From: Phyllosticta citribraziliensis
Lineage: Eukaryota
Direction: 5' to 3'
Assembly: GCF_038025025.1 (NCBI RefSeq)
Contig: NW_027117340.1
Span: 248,001-312,000 of the forward strand
DNA: 64,000 bases
Every line of letters begins with the position of its first letter. The first letter of the stretch is position 1. The position numbers and the translations under genes are program-made. Under the pieces are notes generated by a model. The model was not told where the DNA came from and ran no database searches. It saw only the letters and a program-made list of their open reading frames with translations. This document shows positions 1-12,599 of this stretch, piece by piece.

Positions 1-1
1 C

Positions 2-2914
2 CCCCCAACTGAACGACCGCCTCGAGCTCACCAAAACTCGAGATTCGCAGACTCGTCAAGGGACCAGACTCCCCGCGCCCCGAGTCGAGCTTCAAGTCCC
101 CATCAGAGAGCATTCGAAGGTCCTGAGCCGGGAGTGGACCCTGACGCGGACATGGCATTGGATCGAGACTGGTACGGGGGCGAGGAGAACGGGCACGCAT
201 TCGGTGACGAGACGCACAACCCATTTGGGGACGAAAGCACATGGGCAGAGGCGATGCGCAACCAGGCTTTGGCGGAAAAGAAGAATAGCCAGCGGCTGAA
301 TGCACGGCAGCGGCAGAAGCAAAAGGACGTCGACGCTTGGGAAACGAATCGCATGCTCACGTCCGGAATTGCGCAGCGGCGCGACTTTGCGGGAGATTTC
401 GAGGACGATGACGACGGCACCAGGATACATTTGCTGGTCCACGACCTCAGACCCCCGTTTCTGGATGGCCGAAAGATCTTCACCAAGCAGCTCGACCCCG
501 TTTCGGCCGTCAAGGATCCGCAGAGTGACATGGCCGTCTTTAGTCGCAAAGGCAGCAAGGTTGTCAAGGAAAAGAGGCAGCAAAAAGAAAGGCAGCAGCA
601 GGCCAAGGACTCGACAAACATTGCTGGCACTGCTTTGGGCAACATCATTGGAGTCAAAGAGGAGGACGCGGATAGCGCGGCTCCCAATGCCCCTGGTGAG
701 TCGGAGAAGAAGGGTGGAAGTCAATTTGCTGAGCACTTGAAAAAGAGTGAGGGACAGAGTGACTTTAGCAAGAGCAAGAGCTTGCGGGAACAACGAGAAT
801 ACCTTCCTGCATTCGCCGTTCGAGAAGAGCTTCTGCGGGTCGTGAGGGATAACCAGGTCATCATCGTCGTCGGCCAGACTGGTTCTGGCAAGACAACACA
901 GCTCACCCAGTTTCTCTACGAGGACGGATACGGCAAATTTGGAATGATTGGCTGTACCCAGCCTCGCCGCGTCGCCGCAATGAGTGTCGCCAAGCGCGTC
1001 AGTGAAGAGATGGAGGTTGATCTGGGAGCTCTCGTCGGGTATGCGATTCGCTTCGAAGACTGCACCAGCAGCGAGACCCAAATCAAGTACATGACGGACG
1101 GAGTGTTGCTCCGCGAGTCCCTTGTGCAGCCAGATTTGGACAAGTACTCGGTGGTCATCATGGACGAGGCTCACGAAAGAGCGTTAAACACCGACGTTTT
1201 GATGGGTTTGATCAAAAAGGTCCTCGCCCGCCGCAAGGACCTCAAGCTGATCGTCACATCTGCGACCATGAATGCAGAACGGTTCTCGCGCTTCTTCGGC
1301 GGAGCTCCCGAATTCTTCATTCCCGGAAGAACGTTCCCTGTCGACATTCAATATTCGCGGTCGCCGTGCGAAGACTATGTGGATAGCGCGGTCAAGCAGG
1401 TGCTCGCTATCCACGTGTCGCAGGGTCCCGGCGACATTCTGGTCTTCATGACTGGTCAGGAGGATATCGAGGTTACATGCGAGCTGATCGACGAGCGGCT
1501 GCAGTTACTTGTCAATCCTCCGAAGCTAAGCATCCTCCCCATCTACAGTCAGATGCCGGCGGATCTGCAAGCGCGCATCTTTGAGAAAGCGGCGCCCGGA
1601 GTCCGGAAAGTGATTGTCGCAACCAACATTGCCGAGACCAGTTTGACAGTCGACGGCATCATGTACGTCGTCGACGCAGGCTTCTCCAAGCTCAAGGTGT
1701 ACAACCCTCGCATGGGAATGGATACCTTGCAAATTACGCCCATCTCCCAGGCCAACGCCTCGCAACGAGCCGGGCGTGCTGGTAGGACGGGACCTGGAAA
1801 GTCGTTCCACCTTTACACGGAGCGGGCTTTCAAGGAAGAATTGTACATTCAGACAATTCCGGAAATTCAGAGAACCAATCTCGCCAACACGGTGCTGCTG
1901 CTGAAATCTCTCGGAGTAAAAGATCTGCTGGAATTCGACTTTATGGACCCTCCCCCACAAGAGACCATCACAACGTCGCTTTTCGACTTGTGGGCGTTGG
2001 GGGCGCTCGACAACATCGGAGAACTCACGGAGCTGGGCAAGGCCATGACGGCGTTTCCAATGGATCCGCCGCTGGCAAAGTTGATCATTACTTCGAACGA
2101 GTACGGCTGCAGCGAAGAGATGCTCACGATAGTATCCATGCTGTCCGTCCCCAACGTATTCTACCGGCCCAAGGAGCGCCTCGAGGAGGCAGATGCGGCG
2201 AGGGAAAAGTTTTGTGTGCCAGAATCAGACCATCTCACGCTACTCCACGTGTACACGCAGTGGAAGGCGAACCGGTACTCGGACATGTGGTGCATCAAGC
2301 ACTTTCTGCATCCCAAGGGTCTCCGCAGAGCCAGGGAGATTCGCGAGCAGCTCGAAGACATTATGAAGATGCAAAAGATGACGCTGGTGAGCTCAGGCAC
2401 GGACTGGGACCTGATTCGCAAGTGCATCTGCTCTGGGTACTACCACCAGGCGGCGCAGGTCAAGGGCATTGGCGAGTACATTAACCTGCGGACGAGCGTG
2501 ACGGTGCAGCTGCACCCCACGAGCGCGTTACACGGGCTGGGGGTGCTGCCAGACTATGTCGTGTACCACGAGCTGATTCTCACGTCCAAGGAGTACATGT
2601 CGTACGTGACGGCCGTGGACCCGCATTGGCTGGCGGACCTGGGGGCCGTGTTTTACTCGATCAAGGAAAAGGGCTACTCTGCGCGCGACAAGCGCATCAC
2701 GGAAATCGAGTTTAACAAAAAGGCCGAGTTGGAGGCGCAAATGGCCGAAGACCGCGAGAAACAGGAGGCTCAGCGGTTGGCCAAGGAACAGCAGCAGCAG
2801 GGCGCAAAGTCAGCAGTGCGGAGGCCGGCGACGGGGAGCGCAGGGCGGCGGATTGCGACTAGCGGGACAGTCAAGAAGCCCGCCGTGGGCCGGAGGATGG
2901 GGCGGGGATTCTGA
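2..2914 (+). CDS. PRP16: Pre-mRNA splicing DEAH-box RNA helicase Prp16 (5' end outside window)
   Basis: Motifs [15 protein letters not shown] and QRAGRAGR. Prp16-type N-terminal segments [16 protein letters not shown] and PPFLDGR..FTKQ. The frame is open back to base 2. Confidence 0.96.
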   Translation, partial: PPTERPPRAHQNSRFADSSRDQTPRAPSRASSPHQRAFEGPEPGVDPDADMALDRDWYGGEENGHAFGDETHNPFGDESTWAEAMRNQALAEKKNSQRLNARQRQKQKDVDAWETNRMLTSGIAQRRDFAGDFEDDDDGTRIHLLVHDLRPPFLDGRKIFTKQLDPVSAVKDPQSDMAVFSRKGSKVVKEKRQQKERQQQAKDSTNIAGTALGNIIGVKEEDADSAAPNAPGESEKKGGSQFAEHLKKSEGQSDFSKSKSLREQREYLPAFAVREELLRVVRDNQVIIVVGQTGSGKTTQLTQFLYEDGYGKFGMIGCTQPRRVAAMSVAKRVSEEMEVDLGALVGYAIRFEDCTSSETQIKYMTDGVLLRESLVQPDLDKYSVVIMDEAHERALNTDVLMGLIKKVLARRKDLKLIVTSATMNAERFSRFFGGAPEFFIPGRTFPVDIQYSRSPCEDYVDSAVKQVLAIHVSQGPGDILVFMTGQEDIEVTCELIDERLQLLVNPPKLSILPIYSQMPADLQARIFEKAAPGVRKVIVATNIAETSLTVDGIMYVVDAGFSKLKVYNPRMGMDTLQITPISQANASQRAGRAGRTGPGKSFHLYTERAFKEELYIQTIPEIQRTNLANTVLLLKSLGVKDLLEFDFMDPPPQETITTSLFDLWALGALDNIGELTELGKAMTAFPMDPPLAKLIITSNEYGCSEEMLTIVSMLSVPNVFYRPKERLEEADAAREKFCVPESDHLTLLHVYTQWKANRYSDMWCIKHFLHPKGLRRAREIREQLEDIMKMQKMTLVSSGTDWDLIRKCICSGYYHQAAQVKGIGEYINLRTSVTVQLHPTSALHGLGVLPDYVVYHELILTSKEYMSYVTAVDPHWLADLGAVFYSIKEKGYSARDKRITEIEFNKKAELEAQMAEDREKQEAQRLAKEQQQQGAKSAVRRPATGSAGRRIATSGTVKKPAVGRRMGRGF

Positions 2915-3352
2915 GGTCAGAATGGTGTTTCCGTAGCCACGCGGTGCTGGAGGTTGGTTGGCATCGCGAGAGAATCGAAGCGAGGTGTTGTTCGAGTGAG
3001 TTGCAGACGGCGGGCCGTTGGTGCTCCGAGCGGTCGGGTGTGCATCTGTTGGTGCCGGTGACGTACGTTTTTTTCCCTGTCGACCAAAAAGTGTTGACGA
3101 AGAAATTGAGAGCGAGGAATCCCACCAGACAGTCGACGGCCAGGCCATGGAGGGATCAGACCAGACGACGCCGCCTGTTTTCTCCTGCGCCCGTCCAGTC
3201 ACGTGCTGCCCGCCGCCGCCGCTCCGCCGCCGTCCTCGGAGCATCCAAATCGCATTACATTATCTCACGCCTCTCCGCCGCCGCCCTCCAAGAGTCTGAC
3301 TGCGAGTCGCTCTTCAACACGCGCAGCTTCAGCCTCTCGCACCATCGCTGGC

Positions 3353-4750
3353 ATGCCGACCTGGAGCTGGAGGATCCCACACCACCGCGCCCACCACTAC
3401 CTCCCCCGTCCACAGCAGCATGCCTCCTCCAAGCTCCGAAACTCGCCCCGCCTCACTTCCATCTTTGCGGCCCCGCTGCCCTCGTCCCTCACCGACCGCC
3501 CGTCGATTGCCTCGCCATTTGAATATCGCCGTCCGTGGGCGAGTCCGGCCACGAGTATCGCCCTGCGCGCCCTCCTCCGCTTCTTCACATGGACGCCGCG
3601 CCGCAGCATTCCGCAATCGCGCCGTCGCCCGCAACTCGCCCAAGGCACCTTGACTCCGGTGCCCGACGAGTCGCGCCAGATACGGTCGCCGTCACCTTTC
3701 TACTTTGAAGCCGGCTACGCGCTCTACGCCAAGCGGGCCTCGCGGCCGTTTCCTCCGCCGTTTCTGTCGTATCCGTCGGGGTCCTTCTCCGACCCGCTCA
3801 GCACGCACAACCGCAGCCGCGACGTGGTCAATGGCGAAATGATTCGGGGCATCACCAACGGCGACGACGCCGTGCTCGTGTCGGACAACTTCATCGGCGC
3901 CAACGACGGCGTCGGCGCGTGGGCGGCCAAGGAGCGCGGCCACGCGGCGCTGTGGTCGCGGCTGATACTGCACTTTTGGGCGCTCGAGGCCGAGCGCGAC
4001 GTGTACGGCGGCGAGGACAAGGAGCCCAACCCCGTCGAGTATCTGCACCGGGCGTTTGAGGCGACCAAGGACGCGACGAGCGCGCCCAACGAGTGGTACG
4101 GCACGACGACGGCGTGCGGGGCGCTGCTCGGGTCGGACGTGGGCGGCGGCGGCGGCGGCGACAGGACAACAACAGTCAAGCGGCCGGTGCTGTGGGTGAC
4201 GCAGCTGGGCGACTCGCAGGTGCTGGTGCTGCGGCCGCGGACGGGGTCCGTCATCTTCAAGACCAAAGAGCAATGGCACTGGTTCGACTGCCCGCGGCAG
4301 CTGGGCACCAACAGCCCGGACACGCCGCGCGCCAACGCGGTGCTGGACCGGGTCGAGATCGACGAGGACGACGTGGTGCTGGCCATGTCGGACGGCGTCG
4401 TCGACAACCTGTGGGAGCACGAGGTCGTCGCCAGCGTGCTCGGCAGCATCGACAAATGGGAGAAGGGCGACGCGCGCGTGCTCCGCGGCATCGAGCCCGG
4501 CGAGCTGTGCTACGCTGACGCCATGCAGTTCGTCGCCGAGGAGCTCGTCAAGGCTGCCCGCACCGTGGCCGAGGACCCCTTTGCCGAGAGCCCGTACATG
4601 GAAAAGGCAGTCGACGAGGGTCTGTCAATTGAAGGAGGTACGTCCATCCGTTCACACTCGACATTTGCGCAGCAGTCAACTAACATCTCTGCAGGCAAAC
4701 TGGATGACATTAGCGTCGTCGCCGCCCAGTGCAAGCGCCGCAAGGTCTGA
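3353..4750 (+). CDS. PTC7: PTC7-family PP2C protein phosphatase; intron 4638-4694
   Basis: Motifs GDDA, NDGVGAW, QLGDS, EQWHWFDCPRQLG, SDGVVDNL, and GGKLDDISVV after splicing. The Arg/Ser-rich N-terminus is poor in acidic residues and resembles a mitochondrial presequence. First ATG at 3353, although the frame is open from 3203. Confidence 0.85.
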   Translation: MPTWSWRIPHHRAHHYLPRPQQHASSKLRNSPRLTSIFAAPLPSSLTDRPSIASPFEYRRPWASPATSIALRALLRFFTWTPRRSIPQSRRRPQLAQGTLTPVPDESRQIRSPSPFYFEAGYALYAKRASRPFPPPFLSYPSGSFSDPLSTHNRSRDVVNGEMIRGITNGDDAVLVSDNFIGANDGVGAWAAKERGHAALWSRLILHFWALEAERDVYGGEDKEPNPVEYLHRAFEATKDATSAPNEWYGTTTACGALLGSDVGGGGGGDRTTTVKRPVLWVTQLGDSQVLVLRPRTGSVIFKTKEQWHWFDCPRQLGTNSPDTPRANAVLDRVEIDEDDVVLAMSDGVVDNLWEHEVVASVLGSIDKWEKGDARVLRGIEPGELCYADAMQFVAEELVKAARTVAEDPFAESPYMEKAVDEGLSIEGGTSIRSHSTFAQQSTNISAGKLDDISVVAAQCKRRKV

Positions 4751-5797
4751 GGCTCCTCCAGTGACTTGAGCACGTTGCAGCAGCAGCAGCAATAGCCCCG
4801 GCACGCCTCGTTTTTGGCTCTGGCTGACAGGTCGCGGTTTGGCACAGAAGTGACGCATGACGCATGGAAGTGGATGCGACCACCTCTATACACGACCAAA
4901 TCAAAGTCCTCGTCCCGAGCGTTCCGGCAGCTCACCGTGTCATCGCATCGTCGATAGCGGCAGTCAGAAATGCCGTTGAATTGGAATCGCTCTTGTGGCT
5001 AGATGCCGCGTCTCCAGCGGCGTGCGGATTGAGCGCCCGTGAGCATCTCACCTTTCCGAGCTGTCAAGAACCACGCCCGCCGCCTGTCACCTTGCGTACC
5101 CACCTACCTGGCGGTCTATGCGCCACAGCCACGGAGCTGGTACCTTTGGGAGCATGGCAGAGCAGACCATCCAGCCCTCCCACGCACCAGAAGGAGATGT
5201 CAACACGCCAAGCGCGCGAGCAATTGGAAAGACGTTGAGAACGCATTTGCTCACTGCTTCTGGGAAGAGGGAAAGATGTGGCAGGCAGGCAGCGAGCGGG
5301 AGAAGAGCCTACAGGCAGGCAGGCAGGGAAAGAGAACGATGATGTCTAATAGAAAGACAAGGAGGATGATCGCTCAGCCTAGCTCAGCTTAGCTTTGCGC
5401 GGCGTAGTCTAGTTTAATAGTTTGCTCGATACCTATGTACCTACCTACATATCTGATACCCCCTTTTTTTACCAATAACATCACTATATCATCCATCTCA
5501 GTACGAAGGACGTACCATCGTCGTCTTCGCCCGTCTCAATCAAGTAATCTTGTTCTGTTCTGTTCTGTCTGCTAGAGTATAGAGTCCGTATCAATCAATC
5601 TCATTCTGTTACGTCTGTCTGTCTCTCTGTCTCTGTGATGAAACAATCCGAGTGCAGAGGTGGAATACAGGATAGGTAGGATAGGATAGAGCTAAGGGAG
5701 GGAGGGATCTAGGTACAGCAGCGTGGAGGGGCGGACGATCAGGACATGACAGGATAGGGGGGGTATAGGAGTATGTCATCATCGCAGCAGCAATCAC

Positions 5798-6743
5798 TCA
5801 AGACCCACCAGTAGCAGCAGCACCATCACTCCCCTCCACCCAATCATAAACGAGCCGCAGCCTCTTGACGCCCTTGCCCCCCTTGCCGCGCACAACAACA
5901 TGCCTCACGTACCGGCGCACGCCGTCGACGAGCTCGAACCCCCAGATCTGCCACGCCATCCACCCCTTGTCGACGCTCTCGACCCAGCTCTCGACCACCT
6001 CGTCGCCGTGCTGCGTGACGCTGTCATCCCAGTCGCCGTCGCGCATGAACTGGACATCGAGTTCGCGCTCCTTCGCGACGCCCTCGCCGCCCGCGTCGGG
6101 CCCAACGGCGTACTCGTCGCCGACGCGGGCCAGCGTGGTCCAGCGCGAGCGGCCGCGCAGGCTGCCGAAGACGTGGTCGACGTGGCCCGAGACGTCCCAG
6201 TTGAGGGTGCGCTTCTCCGAGGTGCCCTTGATGTTGCCGGGGGAGAGCGACTGGTCGATGTCGATGTGCACGGCGTTGGATGTGGCGTCGGCGTACTGTT
6301 TGACGTGCAGCGTGACGGTGGCGAAGGAGACGGTTTTGCGGATCAGCCAGCCGATGCCTTGGAGTTGCATCACGGCGTCTGAGTCGCCGGAGAGAGTTTT
6401 GTTCTGTGCGGGGTGGTGGTGGTGTTAGTGGGGGTGGTGGAGAAAGGGGGGGGAAGGGGTGGGGGAAGGGGGTGTTTGGGTGCTGCGGGCCCGGGACGCG
6501 GGCGGACGCTAGAAGCGCGGGTCGGCAGGGCAAATGCTTCGATGCTTCGATTCCCTGGCCACGTGGGGCATGCGGCCGTAGCGTAGCGCACGCACAGCGC
6601 GAAGTGTGGGTGGGCAGACGAGGGGCATGATGCAAGGGATGGATGGCGTGGGTAGCGGCCGTTTAGTTTCGTAGAGGAGCAACACGTACCATGACCCAAG
6701 CACCATTGAGGTTGCGCAGCGTCTTTTCCGGAGGAGCAGCCAT
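5798..6743 (-). CDS. Conserved fungal protein, probable lipocalin/FABP-like beta-barrel; exons 6743-6690 and 6403-5798
   Basis: Exon 1 MAAPPEKTLRNLNGAWVM, then GTACGT...CTAAC...CAG intron (6689-6404), then NKTLSGDSDAVMQLQGIGWLIRK. The join is in frame. The GxW motif and C-terminal beta strands (WQIWGFE..RRYVRHVVV..RLVYD) support the fold assignment, which is inference. Confidence 0.8.
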
Positions 6744-9700
6744 AGCTGGCGGGCGGGGTTGCTCTCCTATGTTTTTCAAGCGGAACGCGAGGTCTCTGGG
6801 AGGAAAGCTTTCCCTGCGGAGAGGCGAGGTGGGAGGGTCGGGTGTCGAGACCAGCGAGTGCAGGTAGAGATGGAGGTACTTGTGGTGGCGGCCGTCGTCG
6901 CCGGTTCCTGTGCTCGAGCGTCTGGTATGGGAAGAGAGTCCTGGTCGAGAATGGCCGTCGGCGGCGTGCGTCGCCCGGCTATTTAATGGTGGCCTTGGAG
7001 GCAGGATTTCGGCGAATACACGTGTATAGGTTGGAGGTTGTAGGTTCGGTGGGGACTGTTCTTGTCTTCATCCAGCATGGATGGTGTGGATTGCGAATGT
7101 GTGTGTTAGTCTCACATGTACCTAGGCTCGTCGTCACCGGCGAGGGTCGATTGCGATTGCAACGGACGCGCACCGCAGGCACCGGCGGGGTAAGCGTGGG
7201 TTGAGGGGGTAAGCAAAAGGAGCAGTGAGAGTCGTGAAACGGCCAATTGGGCAAGAGTGCGCGTCGTCTTCGTCTTCGTCTTCGTCTTCGTCCTGGTCGT
7301 CTGTGCTAGAAACAACCGGAGGCAGAGAAAGGTGTCCGTCTACTCGTCGTCGTCTTCTCCCCCACACACACGCGCGCGAATCGGGCAGTAAACGGCCACC
7401 ACATCCACATCCAACGCCGACATCTTCAACCCTCAATCCAACCCTCAACTCCGAACAAACCCCCACTCGCAAAATAAATCCAACATCACGATAGAGCCCC
7501 TCAGCCACCCAGCCCGCCGCGGCCCGGAGCACCGAGCCAAAAGCCAAATGGCAAACCCAAACAACAAGCTTAACGACCAGCTCAGCCCAGCCCAGCCCAG
7601 CCCGGCCGACGGAGCAACGACCGCTGGCCCCACGGCCGTCAGGACACCAACATGTCAGCCACCACCGAGTCGAGTCGGCCTGCAACACCACCCTTCGCCG
7701 ACTTTAGACGCCGATGCTCCGACTATCTGACCTTGGGTACTGATGGATCAGGACGTGAGTGCGGTGCGCATGTGAAGTCTCGCCGCCCTCATTGGCCCCT
7801 CCCCGCCCAACCCATCCTTGGCCTGCTCAGTAGTAGTCCCTCTGTCTGCCTGACTGCCGCTGTTCACACAACCTCGCTCAGCGCTCACGACCCGATGGCA
7901 ACCCCTATCCCTATCCCTATGATAGGTACAGGTAGCTACATTAGCCATACACTAGCCACCTCACCTCACCTGTACTGCACTGCACCCACCCCACCTCGCC
8001 CGCCGGACCCTGCATCGTGGCGTCGCCCTCTTATACCCTTCCCCTTACCTCCTATTGCTCTGCCCTGCTGTCCATTCGTCGTCTCGCCCCAGCGCCACAC
8101 CACGCAGCTAGCACCACGCACCGCACCATCTCTCGTCGACGCATCCATCCACGCGCTGAGGTGGCAGGCATGGCTTGGTCCCATCTGCCTGCTGTACCTG
8201 TCTCGCAACCGCCAACTTCGCACGCAGCAAACGCGCGCGCTAGCACCCACGCGCAGGGCTGTCGCTGCGCGTGCGCCTCCTCTGACAGATGAGCCAGGCA
8301 GCAGGGTCGGCGGCGGTGGCGCTTAGTCTGTGTGTTGTTGCGCTGGCTGGTTGGCCCGTAGGAGACATGTGGCATAACGAATGGAGGCTACGGATGCGCA
8401 CTGGGGGCGTTCGTGTGCTGCGTATGGAGGATGTGTGGGTGTGAAGAGAAGCGTCTGGAGGCTCAAACCACATGTAAAGCACCGACACGTTTTTGGTATT
8501 TCTCTGCCTTTTCAAGATCTGTAGGAGTGACGAGATGAGGATGAAGTGGTGGCAACGTGGAGTGATGGTGTTGCGCAGTGTCTAGAGTCATGGTATTGAT
8601 TGGCACTTCAAGATGACAACACAACGCCAGAACTTGAACTTGGAAATGCGAATACCAACACACCCAAAGGACCAAGCAAGTCCAAATCATCCAAGGCGCA
8701 AAGCAGTAATCTGGTGGTAGAGGTGGATTTGTCGCCGCCACCACGCACACCTCTGCGGCGCTTGTTGAATCCAGAACTTCCAGTGGCGGGAGAGGGCGAG
8801 AAGATATACCTCTCCAACAGCGCCGCGCTTGGGCCACCAAACGCATGACGGCATGAGCGGCGGCGTTCAGGTATAAACCCCCTCGTCGCTCGCGCGACTG
8901 CTTCCACATCGCACGTCGACGCACCACCCCTACGGCCATCAAAAACATTCGAACATAGGACGTCGACTTTTGGCCAAGGACTGCTTCTTCAGACTTGCTT
9001 TGGCGCGCCCTCTCGCGGTCGACATAGCTGGCGAGGTTTTTTTTACAGACTCAGGCAGAAGCTGAGGCAGTATAGTAGTATAATGGCGGCGGTCAGCATT
9101 TTAAAGTAACATCAGTCATCGACAGCACTGTGAGGAAGTGTTGATATAAATGCAGGCCACAACTACTGGTTGGAAGAAAAGTAGTGTTGACAGAGGATTG
9201 ACGGCGCGAAAGCAGTCACTCAGTTGGCATCTGGAGACCCAGTAAAAGATTCCTTGTCGTGCCCTTTCTCCAAATACTGGAGCGCTGGTGTCGAGCGAGT
9301 TGACTCTTCACGCAGGTGGGCGGCGCTTTTATATACCCCCGTGTGCTGCTAGCGCTCTGCCCCTGAACAATTAACTGATTGGCCGGCTGAAAGGCAGCAG
9401 CGCGCAGCGCCAGCGCTCTCATGCAACGCTCTTCCACGTGTTTCTGGCTGGTTCGACGCATGTGGAAGAGTGCTGGCCGGGTATAAAACTCCGCAATCCT
9501 CTCCCTCTTTCTCCTGCTCATCATGGCGAGGCGGATGAGCGCACAGATTCAGACACCGGCCTCCCTTGACTTCTGCGTTAGCATATTTCAAACCAACTCA
9601 CTAGGCGGTGGCCAGCTGCCTGCTTGAGTCTCTTCCTCGGTCGATGCGCCGGTGACTCGAATTCGTGGAAACGGTGAAGTGTGTCAGCATTCAACCAGCT

Positions 9701-11375
9701 CACCATGGTCAGCATCATCTGATCGCAGTGACTATCGTCGTAGAGTGACTTTGCAGACTGCCAGTATGAGCAGGAATGAAGCAAGGATATTTGGAGACTG
9801 CTGGAGTGAAAAAAAACGTCTCAACAAGGGAAGGAAGAAAGCCGCAAAGTGAAATCGGGTCTTGCCTTTACCGAGCAGTCCGCAATTTCTCTGCATGAGT
9901 CAAGTTGTCAAGGGCTGACGAAGCTGGATAGCTGTGAGCGAGTCGAAAGCCGGAAGTATTTATATCGCAAGCGGCCGGTCCGTGCTGGTCTGGCTCATGA
10001 CGCAGACGTGCAGTCGCGTCAGGGTCAGGGGGTCAGGAGGTCAGGAGGGTGTTCGTTGTCCATGTGCAACTCGCACGTCAAAGTATAAAAGCCCCCTACA
10101 CCTCCCTCTCTTTCGCTTCACTGTGAGACAGGCTGGAGAGGTGCTCTGGTTCCTTGGTTGGATCATGGAGTTACTGTCTGTCTTCTTCCTGAAGCCGACC
10201 AGAACGCTGATTTTCTGTCTTTTGCTCGCCAACGGCCACTTTTTCGAATTCCGGGGTGGAGTGTGTTGGGGCTGCAAAGTTAGTACCTAATGATAATGGT
10301 GAGAATCGGTGTACACCAGCTGCTGCAACCTCCCATCCTTATGCGGTGTTGATGATTCTCATCACCAGGAATCGGCAAGGCCTTCGTTCCAAGAGGCATC
10401 TAGAGATTCTTTGGGAGTGCTGAATGGGAGGCACCGGGCAACCAAAAGTGCATTGGTAGATTGGACTCGCACAAAAGAAAGTTCGGTTTCCGTAGAGGTT
10501 TGAATCCACTCAGTGAACTGAAGCTCGGTGGATGGAGCTTGAGAAATCAACGCGAGCCCGGCGATTTTTTACGAACACAGCCGGGTCAGTGCGGTCAACT
10601 TGCCCTGTCATATGCAAGCATAGATCTCTGGTCACGAGCTTGCAGATCGAGAGGCATGGCTTTCATGTGCGCTTGGTCTGAGCGTCACTTTGGCTTTATA
10701 AAAGGTCTTCGTTCATCGCTGAAGGCTCTGTTGAATTGTTCTACTGCTCTGGCTTGCTCTCGAGACGTCAGAGAAGCTTTTGCCAATCAAGATGACCTCA
10801 CTGTCCTTTGATTTTGCTGCGTACACCTTGACTTTCTCGCGACTTGTTTTGCGCCTCTTTGGTTGGAGACCGAGCAGACTTTGATTTTGGTTTCTTTAGG
10901 CAATGATGGAGATCTGCTTCAGGCCATGGTTACGACGGCGAGCGCTGTCGAACGGTAAGCTAGCAAAGCGATTGTTCTGTGCGGAGGGCCTGTTGGGGAA
11001 GAAGACGTTACATACGGATAGGTTCATTTAGTGCAAAGAAGACATTGCGTCGAAGTGATGACTCCAGACTTCCGCTTCTGAGTTGGGTTCCAAGCCAACA
11101 ACGCGACGGACACGACTCCAATTGTTGAGCTGACTGCTGACACGAGTGGCATGCAAATAAAAGACTTCTCTGAAGAGACGGTTCCCGCGTCCAAGCTTCG
11201 TTCCGATCCAAAAATGCGACGGCCACAACTCCAATTGTTGAGCTGACATGAGTGACGGCGCACGCATATAAATGTCCTTTTCCCCAAATGTCAGTTCTCT
11301 GCATCCGTAGACTGCACATACGGATTTGCCCAAGTCCACTCACCCAAACCGGTCCTCCCACCTCCTCGAAACAAC

Positions 11376-12161
11376 ATGGGGTTTCCCAGAGTCCACGAAA
11401 CCTTCGATCGACCATCCCGTTATGGCATGGAGATCACGCGTTCAGCCGACTTGTACACCGCCATTGCGGCCTCAGCTCGCGAGGGATCCTCGCTGCCTCC
11501 CCGACAGAGACGCGGCGGCATCTACCCACAGCGCGAGGCATCGCCTCCAGCTCCGACGCGCCGCCGCTTCCGGTCCTCCGTCTACTCGCAGAGGGAGCAA
11601 CAGCAGGGCCCCTCGGTCACCTCTCTGCCCACGGCGTCGTCGCTCTACTCGCAGCCTACCAACGTTGCAGAGAGTACCTTCGTCACAAGCGAGGAAGATA
11701 GAGCCGCCCGCGAACGAGTCAACGAACAATACATGAGAGCCACCCAAGAAGCGCTCTTTGGCAACTACAGCTTCCCCCAGACTACGAGGAACGGCGCGAC
11801 GAAGAAAAAAGGCGTGCTCCGTCGCGTGAAATCCAAGACGCTCGTGTTGTTCGCGTTGCTCAAAGACAGCATCATCGTCCTGGGCCGAAAGTGCCTCTTC
11901 TGGCCCGAGCGCCCTCCACCTCAGCATACCGAGGGACGTCGCGTAATCAGGGTGAACGAGGAGGGTGTGTCGCCTTGGACGACAGACGTCACGCACCCGA
12001 GCGGCACTTACGAAGTGTCGGTGAGGGAAGTCGGGGAGGCGGGCGCGGATGATGAGACCCTGCCGCCATACAATGCCACCCCTCGGCCTTATGTTTCTGT
12101 CTTTGCGGATGTGTTGGAGAACTTTCCGTTGACTGGGCCGTGGGCGTCGTATGGGAACTAG
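11376..12161 (+). CDS. Hypothetical orphan protein, 261 aa
   Basis: ATG-initiated ORF about 105 nt downstream of TATAAA (~11268), with GC-rich third positions. No recognisable domain. Confidence 0.45.
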   Translation: MGFPRVHETFDRPSRYGMEITRSADLYTAIAASAREGSSLPPRQRRGGIYPQREASPPAPTRRRFRSSVYSQREQQQGPSVTSLPTASSLYSQPTNVAESTFVTSEEDRAARERVNEQYMRATQEALFGNYSFPQTTRNGATKKKGVLRRVKSKTLVLFALLKDSIIVLGRKCLFWPERPPPQHTEGRRVIRVNEEGVSPWTTDVTHPSGTYEVSVREVGEAGADDETLPPYNATPRPYVSVFADVLENFPLTGPWASYGN

Positions 12162-12599
12162 AGCAGATTGGATCCCCGGATGGGACGATGTTCTTTCTTC
12201 GGTACCGCGGTTGTGGGACGGACGGACGGAGTTCGGCGTTGATTTCTTTCATTTCCTGTCATGGGCTGGTCACTCAGCCGGTGTCTGCTTCGAATTGCTG
12301 TTTCGCGGTCAACAAAATCTCTCATGGACTTTGAAGCTGTGCTGGGAGTCAGCAAACGGAAATAAATGGAAACATAGAAGCGAAAACCCCGGACACCACG
12401 AGCCTAATTATATGTTAGTAATTGCCGGGCTTTGATGATCCCTCACTAAGAGGCCTTTGGAAAGCTTAAAGACTCCATATTCACGCTGAATCAATACAGC
12501 TTAGAATGTTTCCTGCTGTCGACGAGTTTCGAGTGTGAATATGTCCATGTGGTAGTTGATTCGGTGATTGGAGCATTCGATGTAAATGGAGCTGCATGC

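Noticed and set aside
92..1174. 360-aa antisense ORF over PRP16, and similar antisense ORFs over KEL3, PUP1 and UTP22
   Set aside because: Shadow ORFs expected from GC-rich codon bias on the opposite strand; no domain-like sequence.
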